Shown here one piece after another: positions 63,246 to 64,000 of a DNA stretch of 64,000 nt. The DNA is from Squalus acanthias. Taxonomy: Eukaryota. The position numbers were made by a program, and so were the translations under genes. A model generated the notes under the pieces. It was not told the origin of the DNA, did not search any database, and saw nothing but the letters and a program-made list of their open reading frames with translations. The first letter of the stretch is position 1. Every line of letters starts with the position of its first letter. The stretch covers positions 124,001-188,000 of the forward strand of contig JASTWF010000418.1 in NCBI GenBank assembly GCA_030390025.1. The letters are read 5' to 3'.

Positions 63246-64000
63246 ACATAGAAACATAGAAAATAGGTACAGGAGTAGACCATTCGGTCCTTCGAGCCTG
63301 CACCGCCATTCAATGCGTTCATGGCTGAACATGCTACCTCAGTACCCCATTCCTGCTTTCTCGCCATACCCCTTGATCCCCCTAGTTGTGAGTGTTATAT
63401 CTAACTCCCTTTTGAATATATTTAGCGAACTGGCCTCAACAACCTTCTGTGGAAGAGAATTCCATAGATTCACCACTCTCTGGGTGAAGAAGTTCCTCCT
63501 CAGCTCAGTCTTAAATGGCTTCCCCTTAATCCTTAGACTGTGACCCCTGGTTCTAGTTTTCCCTAACATTGGGAACATTCTGCCCGCATCTAATTTGTCT
63601 AAACCAGTCAGGATTTTAAATGTCTCTATAAGATCCCCCCTCATTCTTCTGAACTCCAGAGGATACAAGTTCAGTTGACCCAATCTTTCTTGATATGTCA
63701 GTCCGGCCATCCCAGGAATCAATCTAGTGAACCTTCGCTGCACTCCCTCAATAGCAAGAATGTCCTTCCTTAAGTTAGGAGACCAAAACTGCGCACAATA
63801 CTCCAGGTGTGGCCTCACCAAGGCCCTGTACAACTGCAGCATCACCTCCCTACTCCTGTACTCAAATCCCCTTACTATGAAGGCCATCATTCCGTTTGCT
63901 TTCTTGACTGCCTGCTGCACTTGCATTCCCACCTTCAGTGACTGATGTACCATGACGCCCAGGTCTCGTTGCACCTCCCCTTTCCCTAATCTGCCACCAT
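63246..64000 (-). mobile_element. Young CR1 3' end, nearly identical to the 36906-39265 element; absent at the copy A site
   Basis: ORF 63339-63974 matches the C-terminus of 36906..39164 with few changes. The copy A site at about 17583 is uninterrupted. Confidence 0.92.

Larger units (their letters stand above)
39846..63246. repeat. Segmental duplication, copy B (extra insertions relative to copy A)
   Basis: Collinear with 1-17583. Longer because of an expanded 16-bp array, a CR1 insertion, a SINE insertion and a block missing from copy A. Confidence 0.95.

Overview
Vertebrate genomic DNA, very likely a cartilaginous fish (shark/ray), inferred from an HE1-type V-SINE and abundant CR1-group LINEs. 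It is rich in repeats and minisatellites. The main content is a tandemly duplicated, minus-strand, antigen-receptor-like immunoglobulin-superfamily gene. Copy B (about 48858 to 23271) appears complete: leader exon, one exon encoding a whole V domain with its J-like G strand already joined (no RSS seen), seven C1-set exons, a transmembrane exon and a short two-exon cytoplasmic tail. All introns are phase 1 with GT-AG ends and the frame stays open (about 973 aa as I splice it). C6-C7 are a recent internal duplicate of C4-C5, so the ancestral form was V+5C+TM. Copy A (leader, V and first C exon at 8958-2799, running off the window start) lies about 39.8 kb away and is nearly identical, except for amino-acid changes clustered in the 3' half of V, including the CDR3-equivalent loop. 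Between the copies are a 66-bp tandem array carrying about 18 exact CTCF-core matches in one orientation, plus arrays of E-box and B-box-like motifs. A Penelope-like remnant with a minimal hammerhead ribozyme sits at the internal duplication junction. Exon boundaries were read by eye; no database search was run.
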